Origin: Octopus sinensis
Taxonomy: Eukaryota
Direction: 5' to 3'
NCBI RefSeq assembly: GCF_006345805.1
Contig: NC_043012.1
Location: 27,094,001 to 27,158,000 of the forward strand
Length of the DNA: 64,000 bases
Part shown: positions 63,590 to 64,000 of the stretch, one piece after another
How the letters are laid out: each line of letters begins with the position of its first letter
Numbering within the stretch: the stretch's first letter is position 1
Translations under genes and position numbers: made by a program
The notes under the pieces: generated by a model
Seen by the model: only the letters and a program-made list of their open reading frames with translations
The model's database searches: none
Told to the model about the DNA's origin: nothing

Positions 63590-64000
63590 CCCAGTTCATT
63601 ATCATCAATATCAACATTTAATGTATGTTTTCTGTTTTGAGATGGGTTGAACAGCTTGACAGGAACTGGCAAGGCCAAGGACCACACCAGGTTCCATAGT
63701 CTGTTTTGGCTTGGTTTCTGCAAGCTGGATGCCTTTCCTAATGCCAATCACTTTACCAAGTATACTGGGTGCTTTTCATGTGGCACCAGAACCAGTGTGT
63801 TTTACATGGTACCAGCAGCCATACAAATGTTTTTTACATGGCACCTTTGTTTTCGGATATCAATTCTGTTGTGGTGGGCAGGTCTTCCTGAGTACAGCAA
63901 TAAACCACATATCTTCGTCTTCTTTCATCTCCTTTGCAAGGCTCGGCGTTTTGACATTGATCTTCAAACTTTGTCCCATGTCTCCCTCAGCTTCCCACTT
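63590..64000 (-). mobile_element. Diverged RTE 3' UTR copy running to the window end
   Basis: TTTAATGTATG..TTC...CAAGCTGGATGCCTTTCCTAATGCCAATCAC. Confidence 0.7.

Noticed and set aside
62719-63617. Several overlapping 77-144-aa minus-strand ORFs
   Set aside because: They arise from a stop-poor CT-rich low-complexity strand; no domain signal.

Overview
AT-rich, repeat-dense animal genomic DNA; the repeat families look cephalopod/Octopus-like (inference from recalled repeat motifs, not a search). Most of the window is intron of one minus-strand host gene that the ORF track largely misses: a myotubularin-related MTMR10/11/12-type gene. Five exons (61385-61469, 42489-42618, 35404-35491, 27014-27105, 17493-17617) have GT-AG sites and splice in perfectly compatible phases. 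One isolated plus-strand exon encoding part of a MAGUK guanylate-kinase domain (57069-57171) lies antisense inside its 18.8-kb intron. The rest is mostly decayed mobile DNA: CR1/L2-type, RTE, HERO/NeSL-like and R4-like LINEs, Penelope-like remnants with hammerhead-ribozyme-like motifs, tRNA-derived SINEs, two mariners, a Tigger/pogo element, a Helitron cluster with a disrupted Rep/PIF1 helicase gene, several fold-back palindromes, microsatellites and a 100-N gap. TE boundaries are approximate unless a TIR, TSD or terminus is cited.
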